Assembly (NCBI GenBank): GCA_000387965.1
Contig: APJZ01000003.1
Coordinates: 43,014-75,013 of the forward strand
Length of the DNA stretch: 32,000 bases
Direction: 5' to 3'
Source: Candidatus Nanobsidianus stetteri
GTDB taxonomy: Archaea > Nanobdellota > Nanobdellia > Nanobdellales > Nanobdellaceae
How positions within the stretch are numbered: the stretch's first letter is position 1; every line of letters starts with the position of its first letter. A program made the position numbers and the translations under genes. Shown in pieces: positions 1 through 8,999 of this stretch. The notes below the pieces were generated by a model, which saw only the letters and a list, made by a program, of their open reading frames with translations, made no database searches and was not told the DNA's origin.

Positions 1-1506
1 TGCAATTATACCAGTTATAACAGCAGCTTCAGAAGGAGATTGACCACTGGCTTCATATAATAATTCCATTGTAGCTCTCAATTGCGATGATGGTATTTTA
101 GATAGAGCTCCATATCTCATATCAAATATCGAATCATAAAATGATAAACCTACCCTTAAATTTTGATATACTTTTGATATAAAATCTCCAATTGGACTAC
201 CTTTATATTTTGGGTAAACATATATCATCGCCTTTTCGAGTGGATAACCTTCATTTAATGCAGAACTTAAAGATAATAAAAATGATGGCAAATCTGTTCC
301 TATTCTTTCTAAACTTTTATATAAATCTTTATAATGCGAATAGTAAATGAAAGCAATTAATGAAACAGATAAACCCGTTAAAAACACTAAAAATTCTGAT
401 AATAATATTCCTGAAATATCGAATTTATATAAATATTGATATATTACAAAAAAGATTATGAAAAATAGTAATATACCTACTGAAAGTCCACTGGCTACTG
501 ATATTAATTTATTTGTTAAATCTTCCCTCTTTAAATAATAAAATAGATATATATCATCATTTGAAAAAACATTAATAATTTTTGAGGAAATCGAATAATT
601 AATTGCATAAAATGCTAAAAATGGTATTAAAATATCAAATAATATAAATAAAACGAGAGGACTAAATATATTTTCTAAGAATATTGATGCAAGAGGAAAT
701 ACTGTTAATAACATAACTGGTAAAGTTATACCCAACATAGATACAAGATTTATTGTAGATCTTATTTCCCTAGAAAATTCATATAGTTCATTTACCAATT
801 CCTCCAAAGCTTCTTCTATGGATTTATCTATCTGGAAATTCCTTCTATCCTTATCTGGATCATATAAGGCACTTAATATAAGCATAATACCAGTATAAAA
901 GAATTTTGCATTTTTTTCCCAAGATCTTGAATATTCTACTAAAGCTTCTGATGCAGAAACATATTTTCTATTATATATATCTCTTAACAATCTTAACAAA
1001 TCTAATTTTAATGGTAAGTTAATATTTTTTGCGGCAAATAGTATAGCTTGTTCTACATTTGGATTTTGTCTTAATTTAATAGCTAACAATAATAATAGAC
1101 TTATTAATTGAGATTTCTTCTTGTTATATAAATTATTATATAAAATAACATAATAATAATCGATCAATATGTATGATAATATACCAAAGGAAATAAATAG
1201 TAAGAAATATAAAGTAGATATTATTATTGATGGAATTATTCCTATAAAGATGAATAATATTAGAAAAAATATTGCTGCCGAATCTATTTGATCAATGCTT
1301 ACATCTAAAAATAGTTCTTCATTTATTTTTTCAAAATTTTTTCTTTTTTTATTATTTGATTTTATCTTTATTATATTTCCAAATGTTTTAACAATCTTTT
1401 CATAATATTTTAATTTATTACCAAAATAGAAATATTTATATAACTTTAATTTACCTTCTAAATTCTGATTATCTAATCTATTTAACTCAATTTCTGATAT
1501 ATCCAT
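1..1506 (-). CDS. GspF/TadC/FlaJ-family polytopic membrane protein (partial; C-terminus lies beyond window start)
   Basis: Absent from the ORF track because it runs off the window edge. My manual minus-strand translation from ATG 1506-1504 (MDISEIELNRLDNQNLEGKLKLYKYF...) stays open for 502 codons down to nt 1. It alternates long hydrophobic runs with two soluble helical domains. Its start overlaps the stop of the upstream secretion ATPase by 25 nt, suggesting an operon. Confidence 0.6.
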   Translation of the reverse strand, partial: MDISEIELNRLDNQNLEGKLKLYKYFYFGNKLKYYEKIVKTFGNIIKIKSNNKKRKNFEKINEELFLDVSIDQIDSAAIFFLILFIFIGIIPSIIISTLYFLLFISFGILSYILIDYYYVILYNNLYNKKKSQLISLLLLLAIKLRQNPNVEQAILFAAKNINLPLKLDLLRLLRDIYNRKYVSASEALVEYSRSWEKNAKFFYTGIMLILSALYDPDKDRRNFQIDKSIEEALEELVNELYEFSREIRSTINLVSMLGITLPVMLLTVFPLASIFLENIFSPLVLFILFDILIPFLAFYAINYSISSKIINVFSNDDIYLFYYLKREDLTNKLISVASGLSVGILLFFIIFFVIYQYLYKFDISGILLSEFLVFLTGLSVSLIAFIYYSHYKDLYKSLERIGTDLPSFLLSLSSALNEGYPLEKAMIYVYPKYKGSPIGDFISKVYQNLRVGLSFYDSIFDMRYGALSKIPSSQLRATMELLYEASGQSPSEAAVITGIIA

Positions 1507-3725
1507 TTCTTCATATTATCTAATATATAATCTTTTACAATTTCATTATATTCTTTAATACTTTTATCCACATATTGATAAAACACTTCATTGTACGCAG
1601 AAACAAAATCTGCTTCTAAAATATCTTTCCTATTCTTTTCTCTTGCTATATCTACTAATATCTTTTTTGATAAACCTATTGTTTCTATCATATTCCATAT
1701 TCTTTCCCAAGATTTTGACAAATATCTTATCCTAGATGCAACAGCTTTTAATATATCAGAATCTCCATTTATTAATTCTAATGTTGGTTCTAAATTATCC
1801 TTTTCCGCATCATAAACCATTAAATCAACAAAACCTTTTTCTTTTAATGGATCCTGATCCCATAATTTTCTTACTTCAGTTATCCTTAATACTCTTCTAT
1901 ATCTTTTTAATCCAGAAGGTTCTTTAATTGGATTTACAATTACTATTATATCTGTAGCTTTGAATGATGTTTTAGGAACTCCAAGATCATTTACAACTCT
2001 ATCATATACTCCATAGGGGCTTTCTGCATGCAAAGTACCCATTACCGCATTCGCTACGGCACCAACTCTCATAGCTTCATATAATGTTAAAGCCTCTTTT
2101 GATCTAACTTCTCCAACAATTATAGCACTATCTCCCATTCTTAAAGATACTCTTAAACCTTCCTCAGCAGATAATTCTGCAGATTTTAATGAAAATGGAC
2201 TCCTAACTTTCATAGGAACTATATTATATCCTATTGATCTAAAAAATTCCGCAGGTATTTCTAGAGTATCTTCTACAGTTATCATCCTAACTTTTTTAGG
2301 TATTTCTAACATTAAAGCTGTTAATAATGATGTTTTACCACTTCCTCTTGTACCAGCAATTAAAATTGTCCTTCCATTTGCAACTAAAAAAGATAATAAA
2401 CCTGCAGCCTGATAATTTAGCATTTTATTATCTATAAATAAAGGCAAAGTCCATGGTTTACTTCTATGTCTTCTAATTATATATGATAATCCGAAGGGAG
2501 ATAATGGTGGTGATAATGCTGCAACTCTTAATAATATATTATTTCCAATTACTAAATCTGTATCTAAAACTGGATTTGCTTCATCAAATGGTCTTCCAGA
2601 TATTAATCTTAATTTTGTAGCCCAAGATTCTACCTCCCTTCTAGTTGGAGTTACATTTGTAACACACATTTCATATTTAGAATGCTGTAAATATATTGGA
2701 GTTATACCTGCTGGCGGGTTTATAAATAGATCTTCTAAATTTTCATCTAAAACTATTTTCTCTATTATTCCAAAACCAATCGTATATCTAATAATTATAC
2801 TTTTAATTAATTCCAACCTATTTTTATCTATATTTATATTATATATAGACATTAATTTCGCTAGTATATTATTTAGTATATTATTATATATTTCTCTCAA
2901 TCTTTCTACATCTAGATAATCTTCCTTTCTAGGTTCATATTCTTGTAAAATTTCTATTGCCTTATGGGATAAAAATGTTTCTTCAGAGAATATTTTATAT
3001 TCTTCTGGAAATATATAATATCTAAAAACTGTTTCTTCAGGATTCTTTAATATAAAAACTTCCGTATTTTTATCCAATCTATAAGAATCTACAATATTAT
3101 AACTTTCTGAAATTTTATTTATATATTTTGTATCTATAAATTTTGGTTTTATATCTCCCAATAATATTCTTCTATATATTTCTCTATTCCCAATTTGATA
3201 TCCGATTAGAAATGGTTTAATATACTTATATAAAGGCAATGATTCAAATTTTATTAAAAAATTATCTATCAATGATATTAAATTTGATATTTGATTTTCT
3301 AAATCTTTATTATTTTTTAATATTGACATTAATTTTCTTTTCATTCTTCTTATAAATATATATGTACCAATTGGATCTCTCAAATACCCTTTATCCAAAT
3401 AATCTATTATAGTTTTTATTTCGGAATATAATGGATTGCCAGTTAATAAATATTTATAATATTCCGATATATTATTTTTAATAGAGAGATATACATCAAG
3501 AAAACTATTTAATACTTTTATACTATCCTCATAATATTCTATATTTTCATCTTGCTCGATTACTATAGTATTTACAAATGGATCTATAGATAATATATTT
3601 AATATATATTCCATTATATTTGGATCATCTTCAATTGTAGCAATATTATTATAATTTTTAGCATTTACATATAATACTCTTTCTTTTCCATTCATTTTAA
3701 TTTCATATTGTAAATTATTTAGCAT
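1482..3725 (-). CDS. FlaI/GspE/VirB11-type secretion (archaellum or type IV pilus) ATPase with a long N-terminal extension
   Basis: 747 aa. Walker A AGTRGSGKTSLLTAL, Walker B-like AIIVGEVRSKEA and His-box-like GTLHAES are present. It is followed by a FlaJ-like membrane partner gene. Confidence 0.85.
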   Translation of the reverse strand: MLNNLQYEIKMNGKERVLYVNAKNYNNIATIEDDPNIMEYILNILSIDPFVNTIVIEQDENIEYYEDSIKVLNSFLDVYLSIKNNISEYYKYLLTGNPLYSEIKTIIDYLDKGYLRDPIGTYIFIRRMKRKLMSILKNNKDLENQISNLISLIDNFLIKFESLPLYKYIKPFLIGYQIGNREIYRRILLGDIKPKFIDTKYINKISESYNIVDSYRLDKNTEVFILKNPEETVFRYYIFPEEYKIFSEETFLSHKAIEILQEYEPRKEDYLDVERLREIYNNILNNILAKLMSIYNINIDKNRLELIKSIIIRYTIGFGIIEKIVLDENLEDLFINPPAGITPIYLQHSKYEMCVTNVTPTRREVESWATKLRLISGRPFDEANPVLDTDLVIGNNILLRVAALSPPLSPFGLSYIIRRHRSKPWTLPLFIDNKMLNYQAAGLLSFLVANGRTILIAGTRGSGKTSLLTALMLEIPKKVRMITVEDTLEIPAEFFRSIGYNIVPMKVRSPFSLKSAELSAEEGLRVSLRMGDSAIIVGEVRSKEALTLYEAMRVGAVANAVMGTLHAESPYGVYDRVVNDLGVPKTSFKATDIIVIVNPIKEPSGLKRYRRVLRITEVRKLWDQDPLKEKGFVDLMVYDAEKDNLEPTLELINGDSDILKAVASRIRYLSKSWERIWNMIETIGLSKKILVDIAREKNRKDILEADFVSAYNEVFYQYVDKSIKEYNEIVKDYILDNMKKWIYQKLS

Positions 3726-3763
3726 ATAAAGATTAATATATATTAAAATATAATAGTTTTACT

Positions 3764-4126
3764 ATGAATGATCCAGAGACACTTAGGAGATTAAAATATT
3801 TAGAAGAGAAAATTTCAATGTTCAATAATATACTGCAAACTATAGATGTAACTACCAGAAGTTCTTTAGATGATTTCAAATTAGAGATAGAAAACATTAA
3901 GAAAGAAATAAATGATATAAAACAAGAAATAAATGATATAGAAATAAAAATAAAGGCAATAATGGATGAATTATCAAATTTTGCTACTACAGATCAATTA
4001 AAAATTATAAATTCCATTCTAGACTACATAAATCCATTTGATTTTGTTACTAAGAAGGAACTGGATAAATTAGTAAAAGAAAAAATTATGGAATATCTCG
4101 ATAACCTATATAATCAAAAAGGTTAA
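3764..4126 (+). CDS. small coiled-coil protein, function unknown
   Basis: 120 aa with a heptad-like repetitive K/E/I/N sequence (EIENIKKEINDIKQEINDIEIKIKAI). It is divergent from the ATPase gene. Confidence 0.5.
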   Translation: MNDPETLRRLKYLEEKISMFNNILQTIDVTTRSSLDDFKLEIENIKKEINDIKQEINDIEIKIKAIMDELSNFATTDQLKIINSILDYINPFDFVTKKELDKLVKEKIMEYLDNLYNQKG

Positions 4127-4158
4127 ATTTATAATATTCAATATTTTTATTAAGAATT

Positions 4159-4863
4159 ATGAGAAGTCTACTCGGTCTATTTAGTAAGAAAGGTAATAAA
4201 GATCAGAGTGACCAACAGAATTTAGACAACCTATTTCAGGACTTTAATAGTCCAATACCACAAAATAATGGACCATTCAATCAATTTCAGCAGAGTAATA
4301 ATATTAATCCAATAGCAAATAATTACCAGAATTTTTCTTTTGGTCAAACAAATCAGCAAATGCCATTACAGCAAAATATTTCAAGCCAATTTAATCAGTC
4401 ATGGAACTTACCTCCACAACCAACCCCAAGTCCAAGTTTAAATCAATTTCAACCACAACAACAAGTTCAAAGTCAACCGGAATTTGGACAAAGTAATTTT
4501 TCTATAGATGATAGACTTGAACAATATATAAACAATACAATAAATGATATATTAAAAGATAAATTGAATGAAGTACATGATGAATTATCACAAATAAAAA
4601 TATGGAAAGAGAAAGTAGAATATCTTATTAATAAAATGCAAGAACAAATTGATAAATTAGATAATAAAATAACCGAAATAAATAATTTAGCAACTAAAAA
4701 ATTGGAAGAGTATGATAAAGGAATGCAAGAAGCAACAACAGAAATACAAGCATTACATAGATTGATAAGAACAATGATACCCGCAATATCTGAATCTACA
4801 AAAGAATTAAGAGAAACAGTAGAGGAATTAAAATCTTTAAGAGATTCAATTAGAAAACCTTAA
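4159..4863 (+). CDS. P/Q/N-rich low-complexity protein with C-terminal coiled coil (paralog of 12825-13217)
   Basis: 234 aa. The N-terminus is MRSLLGLFSKKGNKD, followed by ~100 aa of Q/N/P-rich sequence and then a long helical K/E-rich tail. Confidence 0.55.
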   Translation: MRSLLGLFSKKGNKDQSDQQNLDNLFQDFNSPIPQNNGPFNQFQQSNNINPIANNYQNFSFGQTNQQMPLQQNISSQFNQSWNLPPQPTPSPSLNQFQPQQQVQSQPEFGQSNFSIDDRLEQYINNTINDILKDKLNEVHDELSQIKIWKEKVEYLINKMQEQIDKLDNKITEINNLATKKLEEYDKGMQEATTEIQALHRLIRTMIPAISESTKELRETVEELKSLRDSIRKP

Positions 4864-4891
4864 ATTTTTTAATCCTTTTTAATAAATTTTA

Positions 4892-5290
4892 TTGATGGAT
4901 AAAAGGGAAACCATAATAGTAGGGATAATACTATTAATATTATTAGCATTAGGATTTATAATTGCTCCATTGTTATATCCAATAAATAATAACCAGAACT
5001 TAAATCAGAATCAATTATATCAAATATATCAGATTGCACAATACTGTCAAGATCTATGTATATATGCAAAGTATAATTTATCTATAAGTAACTTAAGTAA
5101 TACCTGTCTAGTATCAGAAAATTCTATATTATATCAATCTTGGATCTCTTATCCAAATGCATATAATTGGGGATGTGAAGTATCGGATAATAATTTGAAT
5201 TTGTGCAACAATAGTAATTATATAGTATTGGACGATAATTGTTCTATAATTAATATATATTATCAAAATAGACAATTAAATATAACATGA
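4892..5290 (+). CDS. small N-terminally membrane-anchored or secreted Cys-rich protein
   Basis: 132 aa. It has an N-terminal hydrophobic segment (IIVGIILLILLALGFIIAPLL), 7 Cys and several N-x-S/T sequons. Its stop overlaps the tatD start (ATGA). Confidence 0.5.
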   Translation: MMDKRETIIVGIILLILLALGFIIAPLLYPINNNQNLNQNQLYQIYQIAQYCQDLCIYAKYNLSISNLSNTCLVSENSILYQSWISYPNAYNWGCEVSDNNLNLCNNSNYIVLDDNCSIINIYYQNRQLNIT

Positions 5291-6012
5291 GATATATTGA
5301 TTCTCATTGTCATTTATATAAATTCAATGAGATAGAAATTAAAAGAATAATAAAAAATAAAGATATAACAATATTATCAGTCTCTGAAGATTTAGAGTCC
5401 TCATTAAAAAATTTGATTTTATCTCAATTAAACGAAAATGTAATACCAGCTATAGGAATTCATCCATGGAATATAGAAAAAGTAAATGAAAATACATTTA
5501 AAATAATAGAAGATATAATAAAGGATAATAAAATAAAAATACTTGGAGAAATTGGGTTAGATAAAAAATTTAAACCAGAAACATTTGAAAAACAGAAAGA
5601 GATTTTTGAAAGGTTCTTAAATTTAGCAAAGGAATATGATCTAAATCTAAATCTTCATACTCCAAATGCTTCAAATGACGTATATGATCTTTTAATAAAG
5701 TATGATATTAAAAAAGCATATTTTCATTGGTATAGTGGAGATGAAAAATTACTAGAAGAGATAATTGATAAAGGATATTTTATAGGAATAAATGTTGCAA
5801 CAATAGTAAATGAAAAATATAGAAAATATATAGAGATTACAAATATAAAAAATATAATAACAGAATCGGATGGTCCATATAATTATAAAGGTGTTATACT
5901 TCATCCAGATATGTTAAAAGATCTTTATAAATTAATTTCTGATATAAGAAAAATAGATCTAGAAGAACTATCAAATATTATACAAAACAATTTTGCTAGG
6001 TTTATATATTAA
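5287..6012 (+). CDS. TatD-family metal-dependent hydrolase (copy 1)
   Basis: 241 aa with the N-terminal DSHCHL (HxH) motif, EIGLD, and later conserved His/Asp positions (NLHTP, FHWYSG, TESDGPY). Confidence 0.8.
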   Translation: MRYIDSHCHLYKFNEIEIKRIIKNKDITILSVSEDLESSLKNLILSQLNENVIPAIGIHPWNIEKVNENTFKIIEDIIKDNKIKILGEIGLDKKFKPETFEKQKEIFERFLNLAKEYDLNLNLHTPNASNDVYDLLIKYDIKKAYFHWYSGDEKLLEEIIDKGYFIGINVATIVNEKYRKYIEITNIKNIITESDGPYNYKGVILHPDMLKDLYKLISDIRKIDLEELSNIIQNNFARFIY

Positions 6013-6018
6013 CATTTT

Positions 6019-6110
6019 GTTAACATGATTTAACATGAAGTTAATATTTATAAATTTTAGGATAGATATTCATTAACGTTATATTAAATATGATTAACAT
6101 GACGTTAATC
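6019..6110. promoter_or_regulatory. paired operator-like elements upstream of tfe
   Basis: A ~20-nt direct repeat, ATGATTTAACATGAAGTTAAT (6025-6045) and ATGATTAACATGACGTTAAT (6091-6110). Each copy contains the palindrome TTAAC-N5-GTTAA (6030-6044 and 6094-6108). Related sites are GTTAAC at 6019-6024 and TTAACGTTA at 6073-6081. The repeats flank a TATA-like ATTTATAAA at ~6046-6055. Confidence 0.45.
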
Positions 6111-6124
6111 AATAATGTTTATAA

Positions 6125-6664
6125 ATGTCAAAAAACCTTATAGGTATTATGAGCTACTTGCTCAATGAAAACTATTTAAAAATATTAGAATATATAGCGG
6201 ATAAAAAGGAATTTACAGAAAAAGAAATAAAGAGACAATTAAAGATAAAGGAAGAAGAAATTAGGAAACTATTATATATATTAGAAGAAAATAATATAGT
6301 ATATCCAATAAGCATAATAAATAATAATGGAAAATTTGATTTTAGATGGGGAAATAGAATACAAGATAAAGAAAAATTATTTAGCTTATTAATTAATAAA
6401 GAAATTAATAGAATTAATGAAGAAATTAAAAATACACCAAAAACATTATATTATTGTAATGAATGCGGAAGTGCATATAACTTTGATGAAGCATATGAAA
6501 ATGATTTTATATGTAAAGAATGCGGATCATTATTGACCGAAAAGGAAAATTTTAGAATAATAGAGTTAGAAAATATAATACATAACTTACAAATATTATT
6601 AGATAAATATTCTTCAAAGGTTGCAAAGAAAGAAAAAGCATCAAGGGCAAAGGGTAAAAAATAA
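6125..6664 (+). CDS. tfe: transcription factor E alpha (TFIIE-alpha homolog)
   Basis: 179 aa. It has an N-terminal winged-helix-like region and a zinc ribbon, CNECGS...(x16)...CKECGS. Confidence 0.75.
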   Translation: MSKNLIGIMSYLLNENYLKILEYIADKKEFTEKEIKRQLKIKEEEIRKLLYILEENNIVYPISIINNNGKFDFRWGNRIQDKEKLFSLLINKEINRINEEIKNTPKTLYYCNECGSAYNFDEAYENDFICKECGSLLTEKENFRIIELENIIHNLQILLDKYSSKVAKKEKASRAKGKK

Positions 6665-6694
6665 TCTTTTATTTTTTATTTAAATTTATATTTA

Positions 6695-7846
6695 ATGATA
6701 TTTAAGGTTAAGATATATGATTTAACTGAAATATTTAAAGAAACAAAATCAAAACTAGTTAAAACAAATATAGATAATGGAGCAAAAGTATATGGAATAA
6801 AACTTGATAAAATGAAAGGAATGATTGGGTTTGAAATATTACCAAATAGAAGAATAGGAACTGAATTTTCTGATATTGCAAAAAGATTTGGATTAAAGGG
6901 AATATTGCATTCGGATGAGTTACCAAACTATGGAATATCTGAAGAGGAAGTTAAAAATGTTAAAAGAATGTTAAACTGTTCGGATGATGATGCTTTTATA
7001 TTATTAATATCAAAAGATTATGAAGTAACAAAGAAGGTTTTTAGTTTAATAATAAATAGAATAAATGAATCAATTAAAAGAATACCAAAAGATACTAGAC
7101 AAGCAAATGAAGATGGTACTACATCTTTTTTAAGACCACAGCCAGGTTCCGAAAGAATGTATCCCGAAACAGATCATCCCTATATATATATTAATAAAGA
7201 TATAATTGAAAATAATGAGTACAATATAATAAGATATTATATAAATTATGGAGATATTAAAGAAACATTTGATATATACTATTTAAAAAAATTTGACAGA
7301 GATTTATATATTAAATTGTTAAATGAAGGTAAAACAATATTAAATTCTATTGATCCAGAATTTATTAAACAAATATTAAAATCTTTTGGATATAATGATA
7401 AACAAATTGAAAACATAATATGGAGTGAATATATATATGATATAATAAAAATATCTTTTGATTTAGATCCAAATACTGTATATTATTTATTCTTTCAAAT
7501 GATTGGAGATACTGAAAATTTATTTAAAGAAAAAATAGAAAAATTTGATTTAGATTTTATATATAAAATAAAAGATTATTTAAAAGATAAAAAGATTGTA
7601 AAAAATGCAATTCCAATAATATATTATCATTATGTTAAATATAATAAAGATATTGAAGATATAATAAGAGAAAATAACTTATATAAAAGAAATAGAGAAG
7701 AATTAAAGAAAGAAATTGAAGAATATTTAAAATCGATAAATACTAATGATAAAAAAGTTATTTTTTCAAATGTATTTAGTAAATTTAAATATGTGGCAGA
7801 TAGTGAAGATATAAAAAGAGTATTGGAAGAAATATTAAACATATAA
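6695..7846 (+). CDS. gatE: Glu-tRNA(Gln) amidotransferase subunit E, C-terminal ~60% only (stand-alone fragment or split gene)
   Basis: 383 aa. It contains the GatE signature stretch EILPNRRIGTEFSDIAKRFGLKGILHSDELPNYGISEEEV and DGTTSFLRPQPGSERMYPETDHP. The N-terminal catalytic cradle portion (about 260 aa in full-length GatE, from memory) is not encoded upstream. Confidence 0.75.
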   Translation: MIFKVKIYDLTEIFKETKSKLVKTNIDNGAKVYGIKLDKMKGMIGFEILPNRRIGTEFSDIAKRFGLKGILHSDELPNYGISEEEVKNVKRMLNCSDDDAFILLISKDYEVTKKVFSLIINRINESIKRIPKDTRQANEDGTTSFLRPQPGSERMYPETDHPYIYINKDIIENNEYNIIRYYINYGDIKETFDIYYLKKFDRDLYIKLLNEGKTILNSIDPEFIKQILKSFGYNDKQIENIIWSEYIYDIIKISFDLDPNTVYYLFFQMIGDTENLFKEKIEKFDLDFIYKIKDYLKDKKIVKNAIPIIYYHYVKYNKDIEDIIRENNLYKRNREELKKEIEEYLKSINTNDKKVIFSNVFSKFKYVADSEDIKRVLEEILNI

Positions 7847-7868
7847 AATTTTTATATATTAAATTTTT

Positions 7869-8276
7869 ATGGAGGAATGCATATTTTGTAAAATAATAAA
7901 TAAAGAAATACCATCATATATATTATATGAAGATGAATATTCTATAGCATTTCTAGATATAAATCCAATAAATAAAGGACATACATTATTTGTACCAAAA
8001 AAGCATTTTGAAAGAATATCAAATATTGATGATGAATATATAAAGAACTTCTATGTTAGTTTTACAAAGTTCCTAAAATTATTTGAAGAAAGAATGTCAA
8101 AGGATTATAATATAATAGTAAATAATGGAAAAAAAGCAGGGCAAGCAGTATTTCATGCACATATACATATAATACCACAATATAATGAAAATGGATATAA
8201 AAATATATTTAATTGGAATACGCACAAATTATCAAAAGAAGAGGCTGAAGAAATAATAAAAAAATTTACTTCTTAG
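7869..8276 (+). CDS. HIT-family (histidine triad) nucleotide hydrolase
   Basis: 135 aa with the histidine triad HAHIHIIP and an N-terminal CIFCKI motif. Confidence 0.85.
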   Translation: MEECIFCKIINKEIPSYILYEDEYSIAFLDINPINKGHTLFVPKKHFERISNIDDEYIKNFYVSFTKFLKLFEERMSKDYNIIVNNGKKAGQAVFHAHIHIIPQYNENGYKNIFNWNTHKLSKEEAEEIIKKFTS

Positions 8277-8965
8277 ACTTCTTTATATTCAATAATTCCA
8301 TCATTTACTATTTTAAATTTTATAGATATCCCTTCTGGTAAATATCTATGCTTTCTTAATATTGCCTCTCTAACACCATTATCTAAAATTCTTAATTCAA
8401 CCAAACACTTTGACCAATATTTTATTAAATCACCCCCAACAATTCCGATTGTATCCCTATTATCAAATAATGAATATACCTGATTTATAACTAGAACTGG
8501 TATATTATATTTCCTAGAAATTTCTGAAAATATTTGTAATTGTTTTGCAAGTTCTATATTTACTTCATTTACATTGCTATCGCCTCTTTCCAATCTATAT
8601 AACATTGATATAGAATCTACAACAATTAATCCGATATCATTAGAATTCTTTTTTACATAATCATATGTTAAATATATTGCCTTTTTTTGTTCAGAAAAAT
8701 TTACTGGCTTATATAATAATATATTTTTCATTGCGTTCTCAAAATCTTCTTTTGCAATTTGTTTTAATCTTTCAAGGGAAAAACCACCTTCAGTATCTAT
8801 ATATATTACCTTTTTTCCAAATCTAGAAACATTATAAGAAGTTATTATTGCAATATTTGTTTTTCCAGATGCAGAGGGACCATAAAATGATGTAATAATA
8901 TCTGTTTCAATACCTCCATCTAATAATTTATCTATGGGATATATTCCAGTAGAAATTTTACTCAT
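8273..8965 (-). CDS. radB: RadB-type RecA-family recombinase paralog
   Basis: 230 aa. Walker A GPSASGKTN and Walker B-like LIVVDS are present. It lacks the N-terminal HhH domain of RadA. Confidence 0.75.
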   Translation of the reverse strand: MSKISTGIYPIDKLLDGGIETDIITSFYGPSASGKTNIAIITSYNVSRFGKKVIYIDTEGGFSLERLKQIAKEDFENAMKNILLYKPVNFSEQKKAIYLTYDYVKKNSNDIGLIVVDSISMLYRLERGDSNVNEVNIELAKQLQIFSEISRKYNIPVLVINQVYSLFDNRDTIGIVGGDLIKYWSKCLVELRILDNGVREAILRKHRYLPEGISIKFKIVNDGIIEYKEV

Positions 8966-8999
8966 ATAAAAATTTTTTTATTATTTTTTAAAAATATAA

